Assembly (NCBI GenBank): GCA_000091205.1
Contig: AP006493.2
Reading direction: 5' to 3' (one strand)
Length of the DNA: 64,000 bases
Origin: Cyanidioschyzon merolae
Taxonomy: Eukaryota
This document shows, piece after piece, positions 1-12,066 of the stretch (the stretch's first letter is position 1; each line of letters begins with the position of its first letter). Under the pieces are notes generated by a model, which saw only the letters and a program-made list of their open reading frames with translations, searched no databases and was not told where the DNA came from. The position numbers and the translations under genes were made by a program.

Positions 1-59
1 GCTCGGTAAATGCTCTGACTGATCCAGAAGTCTCCTCTCGCTGCCGTGCTCCTTTTCTG

Positions 60-330
60 TATCAAGTGCCGTGCTCGAAGATTACTACCTTTTTCTGAGC
101 GACCGCCTCAATTTTGAAACAATTACCGGAAGGAAAATCCCGGCTTGAGAGCAAGTCGAGACGTTTTGGTCCGTCTGCGATCCTTTGATGCGAACTAATG
201 ACATACGCTCCGTCGTAAGCGATCGCTCCGGTAACTGAATTCGGAGCCCGAGACCCTTTACCATGCAGGCAGAAGAGACTAGAGCCTCTTGGGAACATAT
301 TCCGGGAGCGGGGTCACGCTGCGGTCGAGT
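60..330. repeat. Diverged partial copy of sequence found in the long inverted-repeat arms; matches arm interval ~50440-50750 (left arm) / ~59260-59570 (right arm)
   Basis: Minus-strand ORF 62..298 (…RGSSLFCLHGKGSRAPNSVTGAIAYDG…) parallels arm ORF 50608..50802 (…RGSRLFCSHGKGCWTRTAVIAAMDSGG…). The DNA block 'accctttaccatgcaggcagaagagactagagcctct' aligns with 'accctttcccatgcgaacagaagagacgcgagcctct' at ~80% identity with indels. Confidence 0.45.
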
Positions 331-2164
331 GCTGTTCCGTCAATCGCCACAAAGTGAAGGCGATTTATCCTTCGAACCGAATCAATTATTGGACGTGAAA
401 ATTTCAGTGAACTCTATGCATGAACTTGCGCAGAAGTCGTCATAGAAGCAAGTCGAGTTCGTTTCTTCATTAATTTAGCGGCAACCATTGCTGCTCCCGC
501 AAGTTGCTTTGAAACAGAAAGATCGAAAACTAGAAGAATTCCTGATGGAATCATTGCTACTCGTACGCAAAGGAGCGGTGTGAGGGCTTGTATGTACGAA
601 TTGGATAATGGTATTGGTCACATCACGAGCCCTTGTTAGACAACGTCGCGAGGCATCTTGATACCTATTACGGAACGAATTCCAACGGCAAGGAGTATAA
701 GGAGCCGCTCCGAAAAATCGAACAAAGATCCTAAAACCACACATGAATTCGTTTGCCCTTATTAGGGCACCTGGAATACCGAGGCTGTACATGTCGAAAA
801 CTTCAGAAAAAACCCAAAGGCACTAACACAGCGAACCGTTCAGCGTTCCATGCGAATCTGACACGGGTATCGCGGTTGCATCATCGTTCAGGGCGTGCGT
901 TTATGAAAATAGAATACAATATCCAGTCAATAGTAACATGTTAAATCGGAATACTCGGGCGGTTCGTTTCATGCACAACTGTGTATCATGCACAGCTTCA
1001 TCAGATGGACTGCGCACCTTTGGATTTCGAGGACTATCTTAAGAGACCACGAAAGCGACGGAACCCGCTAACTCGAGAGAGGCCCTCAGGGCGCAAAAGT
1101 AGCTTCCTTGGGCGAAACGCGTATATAAAGAGCACGACCAAGCACGGTCACGCCGAAATGATCTACGTGGTTTTCGTTGAACTCACTTGTGAGCGCTGCT
1201 CCTGAATGATCAGTTGCTTAAGCTCTTTGTACATTCGTCTTTTTTCATCCAGTAGCTTGTTCTTCTCTTCTTCAAGAGATTTAAGGAGCGACTCTGTTTT
1301 AGCTTCTGACCCGCCTTCCGTGTCGCCTTTCTCGTCCGTTCTGCGAGACGTACTTTCACTATGTGGAGTTCGGGTCTCGCACGGGGTATCGTGCCCGCCT
1401 ACAGCGCTGCCATCCACTGGGTACGCCGCGTTGTCTGTTTCACAGCACGTCCACCCACGCTCCTGGTGTAGTCTGGCAGCAATGAACTCTTCGAAAACGA
1501 GCCAATCTTCAACACGCGGCCCCAGAAAGGAGAACATGCGCGGTTTTCGAGCAGCGTCGGACGCAAACCCCATATTTTGCTCTCAATCAAGCGAAAAAGT
1601 ATCAGTATGGTACGAATACCTCGGAAGCGCCACGTTCCACTCAGACTTGACGAAAACACGCTTGCATAGAGTGTAGCACGAGCGCAACGGCGCTCTCAAT
1701 ATTCTAGAGGCTCGAATACCATAAATCCACCTGAAGGGCGATTTGTTTTCATCGACATAACATGTACATGAACCAGAGATCCCCGATTTTTTTGATCGAA
1801 AGTATACATGAACTGGGGATCTACGATTTGTGCGATGGATATCAACATCCGGTGTGGACGGAAAAAGAACAGAAACGAAGCACTTGCCAGCGACTACATG
1901 ACAATTTATATGCCCCATTACGGAAAGCGTTCAAAGGGGAAAAGATTTCCGTATTTTCGCGACTTTACCTTCTAGGCGGAAGGTCGCGCAAGCCAGACGA
2001 GTCTGCCCGATTTGCGCTTCCTGCGACTCTGCAGTGCTGGGTGCTACAGTGAGACCTAAGCAGCTTGTGCGAAACGCAATACAATCTGAGATTAGAAGTG
2101 AGTAGAATGCTTCTGGGCGTCTCCCTGGTCGCAGTGGACTCCTAGTATATTGGTCCGCGCTGTT

Positions 2165-2510
2165 CCGGGCAGTAAGTCCATCAGCACAACTTGCAGGCTC
2201 CCAGAACGACGATGAGCCCCGATTCCGCGCCGAGTAAAGTACGCCTCGAGCCGACGCCCGCAGTGGTATACCAAAGCCGTTCTGTCTCCGAGCTGCATCT
2301 GCTCCAGCGGTATATGCGATACGACGGTCGCTCGCGGCAGGCTCGGCGCACGATAGAACGTACGAAACGAGCAGTATATCCGAGAGAAAGTACGGGTAAT
2401 CGAAATGAAAGGTAGGATGCAGCATGATGGAAGCTCTTCCAATCACCTTTACCTATCCCGCAATTTGGAATCCCCGATCGATGAAACTTTCTGTCAAACA
2501 AAAAAATTCC
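2165..2510 (-). repeat. Dispersed ~330-bp repeat family, copy 1 (SINE/MITE-like; begins with a T-rich tract followed by AG)
   Basis: The reverse complement aligns with 40990-41340 and 55805-56060. Shared blocks include 'tctcggatat(a/t)ctg(c/g)tcgtttc(g/a)tacgt', 'ccgctggagcaga' and 'agacagaacggc(t/g)ttg…gggcgtc(g/a)gctcgaggcgt'. Mirrored ORF translations agree (DRTALVYHCGRRLEAYFTRRGIGAH vs DRTALPYHRGRQLEAWFTRRRIGSH). Confidence 0.55.
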
Positions 2511-5111
2511 CCCAGTGAAGCAATCATTACGTTTCAAGATTGAAAACAATCATTCGATTCGGTTGAACTACGGAGCCTATTGAGGAATGAAAAGCAGTCC
2601 TACCCCGGTAGTCTCGGCAAAAGCTCAAATGCAAGGGGAATAGAACGATGCCAGCTTGTCGAACAGAAGGCCATCTCCAGACGTCAGGGACGGATCTTCG
2701 ATCATTCGACGAAAGGGTTGCTGTTGTATGAGCGTCCCGTACGAGCGAAACTCAGGCCGTCAAATGAATCCATTCTAGCTCGAACAGATGATGATGTCCT
2801 CGTTCTCCTCGAGTTCTACCGAACATTGCACGGGCTCCGTCTCCGCAAATACCCATATACGCTTCAACCGCTTCATCCGAAGCAAGTCTCATCGACTGAA
2901 ACAAACCGATATGGCTCCGCTTCATGCTCATCGCGACGTTCCAGCAACGCTATCCTTGCGATTTCGGTGCAAGATGGTCGCGCGTGAACTACGACTCTTT
3001 TTGCGACTATATCCCAGTGTTTTCGGGACGACACGAACAAGCCGTTCAGAAACAGAGACGCCCGTGGTGGCTGTTACCGTCGCTTTTGCTTTCCATTACG
3101 TGATCAACGGCTCGTTTTCTATCATTGGCCGAAAGCAGTCTTTCACAGTACCAGTTTCTGGCGCGTGACGCCTATACTTCTTTCTTTCAGTTTCCCCAAC
3201 CATCTGAGTGCTGTGGTACGTCTGACCTGAATGCGGAATGCAGTCCTCGTTCCACTATTCAGTAAAGAATCTTTCCTACAGAAAGTTCGTCGTCAATCAA
3301 CAATATACATTGCGTAGTGTTTCCGATCTCCTGCAACACACCACGAAAAGCATTCCATTAAATGCAGCGAAGGTTGAACAATGTTGAGTGGAAACACTAT
3401 AAACAGGCGGATCTCCTCTGGTCTGGATGCAGCAAGTCGCTGATATGTCGCAGGATGTAACACTCGGTTTCAGGGAACTTTTATCGAGCTTTGGGACGAT
3501 TCCAGATCTCCTGAACGCTCTCGATTTGGCATCGTTCTGAGTTGTCGATTGCTGCAGCGTATGGACGTGGAGCCGTTCTCTGAGGAATTCCGATAAAACG
3601 CTTTCGAGTGCGTCTCAATTCGACCTAGGCATGAACAGCCGGGGCGTTGGAAGCGCCTCGGAAACGTCAGGCTGTGTGCAGCACATTAGCATTTGCTTGG
3701 GCAGGAAGCAAGGATTCCGCCTCGCATCACCTACATCGAAAGTGATCAAAGCATACAATCAACGCATCCGCCAGCTCAAATTCCAAAGTGCCAGCGAATG
3801 GACGGCCCGGTCGCGCTGGCGAACCTTGTGCGCAAGCCTCATGAGGAATCCCCAAACCTCTGGCGTATCCTGGCATCTGCACTTACCGATTCGCTTCACG
3901 AACATTCACCCATGCGCCGCAAGCAAACGCATTCCTGGCAGCAATGCTTTGTATGCGGATATTTCGTTAATATCGAAGCTTACAGGTTATCTTTCGCTGC
4001 AGCGACAGAACAGGGCATGCCGTGCAGCTCCGGCTGTCGCAAGCTTATTTGCAACCCTTCTCCTGAATCACGTATAGGCGACTGCGAACCGGCAACTACA
4101 GATTGCAGCTTCCGAGACGCGAACCAGCTTCTAATCGATGCCGGCGACGTTGCTCGCTATCGCACGCTGGCGGCAGCGCGTACCAGTCTCCCGTCGACGC
4201 ATGGGGAACGAGCATACGCAATCCAAATGCTCGTGTTTCTGTGCGTCATTCTCAAAATATATAGCTTTGTCTCTATCATTTGTCTGCCGATCCATGCACG
4301 CCCGTGCTGCTCGCATCGCCCCGTTTTCTCGACTGCACCATCAATCGATCATTCGAGCCGAATTCCCTGCATGCAGTGCGATTGCCGTCCGCAACCAAGG
4401 AAGCGTGAAGACACCTCCATGCCTTTCGGGGGCGCATGCAGCTCGCAGAAGACCCCGATCACTCGTCACGTTGCGTAGAACGCATGAACCCAGCGAATGC
4501 GCCATTGCTCAGCGCCATTTGAACCCCCCGCTGCGTCGCCGAAAGCGCCATCCACGCGATACCCGCCCAGCAACAGCGCAGCAGCGTCGACTCGAGACAC
4601 GCCTCCGGTTGCCTCGTGATCGACGAGCACCCGCAGCGCGTGCAGATCACCGGCGAGGGCAACGAAGAAGCCGCAAGGGGCATTGCGCTCCGGATTCGAG
4701 CTGCCAACGGACGCGCGCGTCCAGCGATGCGATGCGACGCGCTGGGGATCACGACGCCACGCATCGCCTTCGATTTTCTCCCAAAATGCGTTCATTTCTA
4801 CCACAAGTTTCGCGGGCTCCAACGGCGAAATCCATTTTTGGTGGGGACACGTGTCCGTTGTGATGGTGCGTTCCTGGCCAGTGAAATCTCTAAGGAAAAC
4901 AGAGCTCGAGACACCTCGACTGGATTCTTCTGCGGCGTGGCGGTTGTGGACAGACACCGTCGGCTACGTGGCATTATGTGGTGACGCGAACTTGCGAAAT
5001 CCATTCACGTGATCGTTGATTGTCGTTGTCTCTGTTCGAAAAGAAGACGTCGCAGAGAGCGTAGCGTTTCAGGTTGTACTACGCAAGATTTCTTCAAAAG
5101 GGTAAAATATA

Positions 5112-6020
5112 ATGCAGTACAAACTTCAAGTGCGCAACTTTATCTTCGTAGTGCTCAGTCTGGCGCTGCTCGTGGGCCTTGCCTCGAGTGTGGCCGCTGA
5201 AGCCCTGGACACGGAGGGTCGCTGGTATCAACAGCAAGTGACGGTGACTCCACAGGTGCAGTGCACACCTGTGACGTACACAGCAACTTGTGTGCCGAAG
5301 CAGGCGTGCGTTCAGTACACGACACAACAGGTTTGCGAGAAAAAGCAGACCGTATGCCAGCAGGTGCAGCAGGTGCAGCAGGTGCAACAAGTGCAGCAGG
5401 TGCAGAAGACGGTGATTCCGGTGAAGAAGACCGTCATGCCCATGAAGAAACAGCCCATGTATCGCTGGTACCAGTACGAGCAGGTTCAAGCAACGGCTAC
5501 GCCAACGCCGATTTGCACCCAGGTGTGTCAGTACGCGAACGTGCAGGTCTGTGCTGCCTACGAGCAATACGAGGTTTGCAAGGTTTGCACGCAACAGTAC
5601 GAGGAAGTTCAGAAATGTCAGCAGCAGTACCAGCAGCAGTACCAGCAGCAGTACCAGCAGCAGTACCAGCAGCAGTACCAGCAGATGTATCGGTGGTATC
5701 AGCAGGTGCAGGTGACCCAGTGCCCGGTTGAATGCCAGGCGGGTCAGGTGCAATGCCAGTACGTGAAGCAGGTGATCTCGACACCGAAGGTACCGTTGAC
5801 GAAATTGCCGCCACCACCACCACCACCAAGTGTGACGCCAGTGCCAACGGTAATCCCTACCGTCATCCCGACGACCGTCATTCCTACGGTCATCCCGACG
5901 ACCGTCATTCCAACGATCGTGCCAACGACCGTCATTCCGACAGTCGTCTCGACGACGATCATTGCGGTGCCTACTACGTCACCAGTCTCGGTTACGGAGA
6001 TGTCGTCAAGCGTATATTGA
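5112..6020 (+). CDS. Secreted cysteine-pattern, Gln-rich protein with Thr/Pro/Val-rich mucin-like C-terminal tail (family member A)
   Basis: N-terminal hydrophobic signal peptide (FIFVVLSLALLVGLASSVAAEA). Cys-pattern segments 'QVCEKKQTVC' and 'VCAAYEQYEVCKVCTQQYEEVQKC', plus RWY motifs. (QQV)n and (QQY)n trinucleotide-derived runs. PPPPPPP followed by (TVIPT)n repeats. It shares the 'VCEKK' and C-x2-Y-x5-VC-x6-[VI]C-x-[VA]C patterns with ORFs 53222..54382(-) and 56625..57701(-). Confidence 0.6.
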   Translation: MQYKLQVRNFIFVVLSLALLVGLASSVAAEALDTEGRWYQQQVTVTPQVQCTPVTYTATCVPKQACVQYTTQQVCEKKQTVCQQVQQVQQVQQVQQVQKTVIPVKKTVMPMKKQPMYRWYQYEQVQATATPTPICTQVCQYANVQVCAAYEQYEVCKVCTQQYEEVQKCQQQYQQQYQQQYQQQYQQQYQQMYRWYQQVQVTQCPVECQAGQVQCQYVKQVISTPKVPLTKLPPPPPPPSVTPVPTVIPTVIPTTVIPTVIPTTVIPTIVPTTVIPTVVSTTIIAVPTTSPVSVTEMSSSVY

Positions 6021-8740
6021 ATTACATCAGGAGCACTGGGTTGAGCCCGGATGGAGGCAGAGGGGTACGAGGCCAAGATCGGCCTTTCGTATGGAGAGAA
6101 CGAATTAGAGGCATTGGAATCGGGGTAGACTTTCAGGCGATGGAGCTAGTCAATGAATACATTACTTCTATGAAATGGAAAGGATGTCTCTCGGCCGCAG
6201 TGCCGTGACTAGAACTTGTGACGAAAAGCATCGAAGAGAAGAGCCAGCAGCGATAGAGAGGTGTGCTCTAGTCTCTGGCTTTCTGCGCATTATTCATTTG
6301 CGCTTTTGCCAATCCCCGTTGTGGCCAGTCAAGTGCAGTGCGGTCGAAAGTGGGCAGTGTACTCTATAGATGGAAACGCAGGAGATGGAGACCTTGAGAT
6401 CGCATGGGGATGGACCGATACGGATCGTAAAGATGCATTCTGTAGTTTTCTGGTGATGTCGAGGACGCATTCGTTTCGATCGAGCACTTTTTACTTACCG
6501 ACCTGGACACTGCTGTCTCATTCGGAGCGGCACTCCACGAGCGTCTTTGTTTTACTGCTACTGTCCTGGGGCCTGTGTGATGCTCTCCTGAAAGCGTCAG
6601 CGTTCCGGAGGGATCGCCCACGCACTGGAACGAGCTACGCTGTGCAAGCGCCTATGCGTGCGGCCCCTGCAGTCTCCAGGCACGAGAAAATGTTCATTTC
6701 TTGGAAGCTCGGATGCCTTCTACGAGAAATCCGTCGTCGCTCAACCCGAAGCAGGAGTTAAACACGCGAATCGGCAACGCGGGACACGAAGCATCGTGTT
6801 GCAGCGAACGAAATGAATGGTTGCATCGCATTCGACGCAGTCGTCGGCTGACACAGACCATGCAGCGCCAGAAACCAGAGCTTCTGGGATGAAGAAGGTG
6901 TTCCTCTTCAAGGGGCCCTCGTACGCCTGCAGTGGCCCTGGAACAAAAACGATGGCACCTTTGGTATTGTGGCAGGCGCAGCTCCGACACAATCCGACAA
7001 AGTCAAGAGTTCGGCTTTGAAATATATCAGAGGCGTCTGTGCCAAATCGCATGTCCGCGAATACAGCAGGGAAACCAAAGTCATTCCCAACGACAGAGAG
7101 AAAGAGGGATTTTGGGTGCAGAGCAACAGGCTGAACTCGAATCCATGTTCGCGGTACACAAGACGCTTTATACCTGTATCAGAATAGAATGGAAGAGATC
7201 GATGCTGCCGAATCCGGCCCACATGGCATCGTTTTGATATATCCCCAATACCATTATCACCAGACTTTGCGGGGATTTTTCTGTTACTCCCTACGTTTCC
7301 TCTAGTTTGTCTCTGGCTTTAAATAGGTTGATATCTCTTTTCTCTACAGCTCCATTGGCAGCAGTTGAATGATTATGACGACAGCGTTCAAGTACCGATT
7401 CCACCTCTTCCCGGTGTTGGCGACGCATTTATTGCACATCCGGTAGATTCGATATCCGTTTCACTTTCCGTTTTCATCGTCTTTGTATCCAGCATCGTTG
7501 CACCCGTCGCAGCAGCTACACTCGATTATGGTCAGGTGTTTCGATATACGCACTGAGTCTCTTCCTCGAAGCCCCGACTTATGGCACGTAAACGCTCGCT
7601 TCATCGCACGGCACACGCCCTTGTCGGGTATAGAGGGATACCCCCGATGCGCTCTAACTTTTCCGCGCCTGGTATCGTACCCGACGATCATGCCCCTCTA
7701 TTTGGCGACCCTTCGGTGAGAACCCTGTTTGTTGCTCACGCAAGCCAACGCTGCACCGTTCGACAGAGGTTTTGTGAAACGCAATGTTATCCTTGAGGAA
7801 AAAAGTAGCGGATGCAAAATCCAGGTTGTAGAATGCTCGTCGAGCGTTTTGATCCGTTGCCTGTTTTTTGTTGCGACATGGTGAAGCACTCTTGACCGGA
7901 ACCGATCGCTTTGATGACTAAAGTCCGAGTCCAAGACCCTTGTCCATATGAAAAGAAGAAGCAAGAGCCTCCAAAAGCATGGCTCGTGACAGGTTTCATG
8001 CTGGTGTCGAGTGCAGTATCGTCGGTGGTCACCGAGAGAGGAGCACTTGTTTTTCGAGCGGAATAGATTAAGCGAGATAATATCTCGTTGAACTTTCGGC
8101 CCGATTTTGTGAGCAATTGATCGAGGGACGACCTCGGGCTGTTTTCCTTGTCTAGGAAGCGATGCGAACTGCTGTGCTAGCGAGTTGCCTCGAAACAGCA
8201 AGATTGAAAGCTTGGAAAATGCGTGATTTGAGCCTACTATACATGAGGAAAGGAGAAGAGTGGAAAGGTGCACGCACGGATTTGATCAGGTTATCGCTAA
8301 TTTTAAAAATCCTTGTTCAGTTGCTTCACGAATCATCTGGATTCCGGTGTCGTAACGAATTCCAGCGGCGAACCGTCGAACTAGTCAATCCGAAAAGACG
8401 CCCGAGCATCTTAAGATTTCGTATGCATTTTCAATCTTTGGTTGCTGCTCTTCGACTGTTCAAACTGTACAGATTTAAACATGTTCGGAAAAAAGATCCA
8501 AAGGCAGGAAGAGAACAAGCGGTTTAGGGTTTCGTGTTCTATGAACCTGGCTGGAATGCATGCACCACGTCGTAAACGAAACAAGTATGATACGTTTGGG
8601 ATAAATATGGATTATAAGGACGCATGACGGAAAGTGGCCCCCGCGCCGCGCGCATGCGAAACTGTTTCTTCCAGCTCCAGGCTGTACCCAGTGCCGCACT
8701 GCTAGTATAGCGGATCGCACTGGGCTGTGGATTAGGTCTC

Positions 8741-10552
8741 ATGAAGACTTTATGGTATGGCGTGTTATTAAGCGTTTTCTTATGCTTCTTTGCACGTACA
8801 CTCCAGACGATGGCAGCTGGGGAAGCTATGGGAAACGCCTGCTCAGTGGGTCTCATCGGGATACGCCGCTCAGCTAAGACCTACCGTCTGCGCGCGGACA
8901 ATCTAGTGGAGGTGCACTGGACGCTTGATCTGCAGCTTCAAGCTGAGTCTGCGGTCGCTGGCGTTTCCGATGGCGTCAAAAGAGTTTGTTTGAACCTTAC
9001 CGACTACGAGACCGATCGCCTGGTATCCTTCACAGCTGTGCGGGAGCGAGGCGGGTCTGGGAAAAGCTCGGACGGCAAGGGTGTCCGCCACTCAGGCACG
9101 TTAAAGATCCGCGCTTTTAACACCAGTTCAGGATATCCTGGACATTTTATGGTGCTGCGTTGTCCGGATGATGCTGCCTGCAACGAAGCGCAAGCGCTGA
9201 ACATATTCGCTGGCGAAAGCTCGCGGAATAAACCCTTGAAACTCGAACTCTCATATTTGCTCGTGCGAGGCGTTTGTCCTCTGGCGCACGTGCGAGCACT
9301 AGACGAAAGCTTCAATCAAACCAAATCGAAGCCGCGTGATGCGCTCGTGCAACGATACCGTTTCCGCTTGGAATCGATGCTCGTCAAGTCTCTGTATCCT
9401 GTTCAGGAACAACGATTGCAGATACAGAAAGTAGCTTCACCAAGTGGCTTTCGTGCCCGACTCGTTGGCTCGCCAGAGGGCCTTGAGCCGGCATCCATCC
9501 GTATCGCACCGGGTGACATCGAGAAGGCAGCCTCTCAGGATTCGGAATTCGATTTTGAAGTAAGATATGGCCCGTTTACAGATGCAGATCATTCCATGCT
9601 AGAGGCAGCACACGTGGATTTGGCATTCGATGCCCCGTCGGGTCTCGAGCCAAGCGATATTGCACTCTCCGCTATGGCGTTGGCGGGAACTTTTCGTGCG
9701 CTTAAGGCGAAACGGGTTCTGGCTGTATCGCATCGTGGTCATATCCAGGTCACAGAGACGATGACTCTCCTGAATGATTACCCCGCAGCCAAAGAAGGCA
9801 CCTGGTCCAGGCTCGACTTGCTCGTGGCCCTTCAGCAGAACCCCTTTGCTACACGCACGATTCAAGAGTTTTTTGCCGTTGTTCCCGCGAACGCTCGCAA
9901 CTTTTTTTATCGCGACATTACTGGTAACATTTCGACCTCAGGATTTCATTCGCTGTCGCGTCTGTTGGCACCATTTGAACAATACAAGCGATGGCAGACG
10001 CCAGAGGGAAAGAGGACTGTTGCTGCGCTAGGTGCGAAACGGAATACACACCAGGTTTTGGGGCTACGGCCTCGCTTCCCGTTAGCTCCATCATGGAGGA
10101 CTAATATCGAGTTCGGATTCGAGGTTCCTGTTCGTGCCGGCGATATTTGGAAGCATCTCGGAGGTGGTACGTTTCGATTACACCAGGCGCTAACACCCCC
10201 GCTGCATGGCCTTGTCATCGATGATTTGGATTTGTGGGTTGTTTTGCCCAATGCCGCCGTGGTACTGGATATTCAGATACCAGATGATCAGCAGTTGTAT
10301 ACGCTATCCATTGAACACTGGAAAGGATACGGCTATCTCGATTTCGTTCCGCGTACGGTGGTGCACGTCAGACGACGCAATCTGGTGACTGATCTGAGTC
10401 CGCAAACGGATTCGTACCTCGAAATCACGTATCGTGTTCATGCGTTCTATGCGCTATGGCTCAAACCGCTCATTTTTGTCGGGTATTTGATCATCGCAGT
10501 TGTGCTGTTAGCGTTGATACCTCGGCTGCATTTACGTATTCGAAAAATCTAG
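8741..10552 (+). CDS. OST1: Ribophorin I (oligosaccharyltransferase complex subunit OST1)
   Basis: Signal peptide at the N-terminus and a single C-terminal TM helix (LWLKPLIFVGYLIIAVVLLALI). The blocks 'FYRDITGNISTS' and 'RPRFPLAPSWRT' match the conserved ribophorin I blocks 'YYRDEIGNVSTS' and 'RPRFPLFGGWKT'. Confidence 0.85.
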   Translation: MKTLWYGVLLSVFLCFFARTLQTMAAGEAMGNACSVGLIGIRRSAKTYRLRADNLVEVHWTLDLQLQAESAVAGVSDGVKRVCLNLTDYETDRLVSFTAVRERGGSGKSSDGKGVRHSGTLKIRAFNTSSGYPGHFMVLRCPDDAACNEAQALNIFAGESSRNKPLKLELSYLLVRGVCPLAHVRALDESFNQTKSKPRDALVQRYRFRLESMLVKSLYPVQEQRLQIQKVASPSGFRARLVGSPEGLEPASIRIAPGDIEKAASQDSEFDFEVRYGPFTDADHSMLEAAHVDLAFDAPSGLEPSDIALSAMALAGTFRALKAKRVLAVSHRGHIQVTETMTLLNDYPAAKEGTWSRLDLLVALQQNPFATRTIQEFFAVVPANARNFFYRDITGNISTSGFHSLSRLLAPFEQYKRWQTPEGKRTVAALGAKRNTHQVLGLRPRFPLAPSWRTNIEFGFEVPVRAGDIWKHLGGGTFRLHQALTPPLHGLVIDDLDLWVVLPNAAVVLDIQIPDDQQLYTLSIEHWKGYGYLDFVPRTVVHVRRRNLVTDLSPQTDSYLEITYRVHAFYALWLKPLIFVGYLIIAVVLLALIPRLHLRIRKI

Positions 10553-11547
10553 TTTTCGGTTGTGACTCTCGTTGCCTTATGCACATCTATACCCGACGAA
10601 AACATTTGGGATAAGAGTGCGCCCCCGAGAAAGCTATTTTTGCTTCTGTCCAAAGACGAACAAACAAGTTTCTGAATCGCTGGTGTCTGTTCTTCCGAAA
10701 GAGACAAGGCATCGATTCGCGACAGCGGCGACGGAAAAGCTGTGACGACCACTTGTCCCAGACGAGGCCGGATGAACCTGAAGGGACCACTCCTATTCAA
10801 ATGGTATGCTTTCGCACGGCAAGTCCGTTTTGGGAGGGCCAAACCTCAGGTCTTAGCGTTGAGCGGGGCATGATCGAGGCCAAACACCAAGAACTTGACT
10901 CTTGAACGCATGAAAAGCGCTCTACTGGTCACTTGAGACTGTTGACGATCTGGATTCTCGTTGCGGACGTTTCTCTCTACATGCTCAGGATGGAGGTGCA
11001 AGTGCTATTCAGCGGAAGCATCTGTACCTATCGTTCCAGCAACGGCTGTATCGTTATTGGTTCTGTCTCATAATTCATGGGCGCGTTTCCAGAACCTCTG
11101 CTTCCTAAAGCGTCCTGGTTAGGAAACCTGGCGTCGACTCGAGACGCTCGAGAGCACCGATGCTAAAGGAGCGCGTTTTTCTTGGTATGCCCCGCTCGAC
11201 GGCCTCGAGCATAGACAAGGCTCCTGAAAGTATCGAAGGTCACGCCGCTGGCGGCCTTAGAGGAGCTTCCCATGTCCATCAATGTCATCTGATTCACGGT
11301 CCTGCATCGTATACCCATGTCGACATGAAGAACGCCTTGTTTCGGGTTCTTATTTTCTAGTGGAAAACGCTGTAGCGTTATCGTTGCGGGTCAAATTACT
11401 CGATTTCTGTTATTCTAACCAGTTGCGGCAACTTGAGTGGATAACGTGTGGATGCGTCCAACAAGCTTTTTCAAGACTGTGTTAGTGTTGAACATATCGC
11501 CAAGTACGTGACCACCCGGGCTTTTCTTCTAGAAGAAGAGCCTTTTA

Positions 11548-12066
11548 TTGGAGTCGATGGAGGCAAACACGAGCAGTTCAGGAACAGTAACAGGCCAGCG
11601 TTTCGCGGAGCGGAGACGTTCGCTCCCGCCTGGGGCAGAGCTGCGACAACGATTACTAAAACAGCTGAAAGAGCTTTGTGACCAGATCGGAAAGGCCTAC
11701 AGCACCCTGGTACAAAAGGCAGCGCTCGTGATAGAGCCTGCTGATCAGGCAGTTTCATTGGAGCCGGACACGCAACGGCAGGCGACTTGCATCACGAACC
11801 TGTCTGATGAGGGAGAGCTCTGGACCACAGTGTACGAGCTAAACCTTGGAGTCCAGAACCTTCTAATGTTCATTGAGGATATCCGTTTGCTTCTGCTGAC
11901 GCAAGCGCAAGTGCCGGGACCCTCTGTCGAGGAGAACGGCTTGAAAACAGCGGGAAAAGGTGGGTGCTCGCCAACAGAGCTTGAAGGTGCTCGTTTCTCA
12001 GACAGACTGTCATCCAGTAACACGCACCGGTTTCTAGAGCAACTGTGGGATCGTTACACTCCTTAA
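11548..12066 (+). CDS. Hypothetical protein (172 aa), no recognisable domain
   Basis: Non-repetitive ORF with protein-like composition between ribophorin I and the TrmH-like gene. No motif identified. Confidence 0.25.
   Translation: MESMEANTSSSGTVTGQRFAERRRSLPPGAELRQRLLKQLKELCDQIGKAYSTLVQKAALVIEPADQAVSLEPDTQRQATCITNLSDEGELWTTVYELNLGVQNLLMFIEDIRLLLLTQAQVPGPSVEENGLKTAGKGGCSPTELEGARFSDRLSSSNTHRFLEQLWDRYTP

Noticed and set aside
1163-1573. 136-aa minus-strand ORF with a C-terminal coiled-coil-like segment (LEEEKNKLLDEKRRMYKELKQLI)
   Set aside because: No basic region or other motif to support a bZIP or any known family, and it is too short and isolated to call.
4138-4957. ORFs 4138..4863(+) and 4466..4957(-) in the 5' part of the window
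   Set aside because: Overlapping Arg/Pro-rich frames on both strands with no motif. Most likely non-coding GC-rich sequence.
5094-6076. Long ORFs antisense or out-of-frame to mucin gene A (5094..5753 L-rich, 5261..5731, 5497..5847, 5744..6076)
   Set aside because: They are made of homopolymer-like runs (LLLVLLL, AAVPAAVP, VVGMTVVGM) that are simply the other frames of the (QQV)n/(QQY)n/(TVIPT)n repeats. Only the plus-strand frame has a signal peptide and a protein-like Cys domain.
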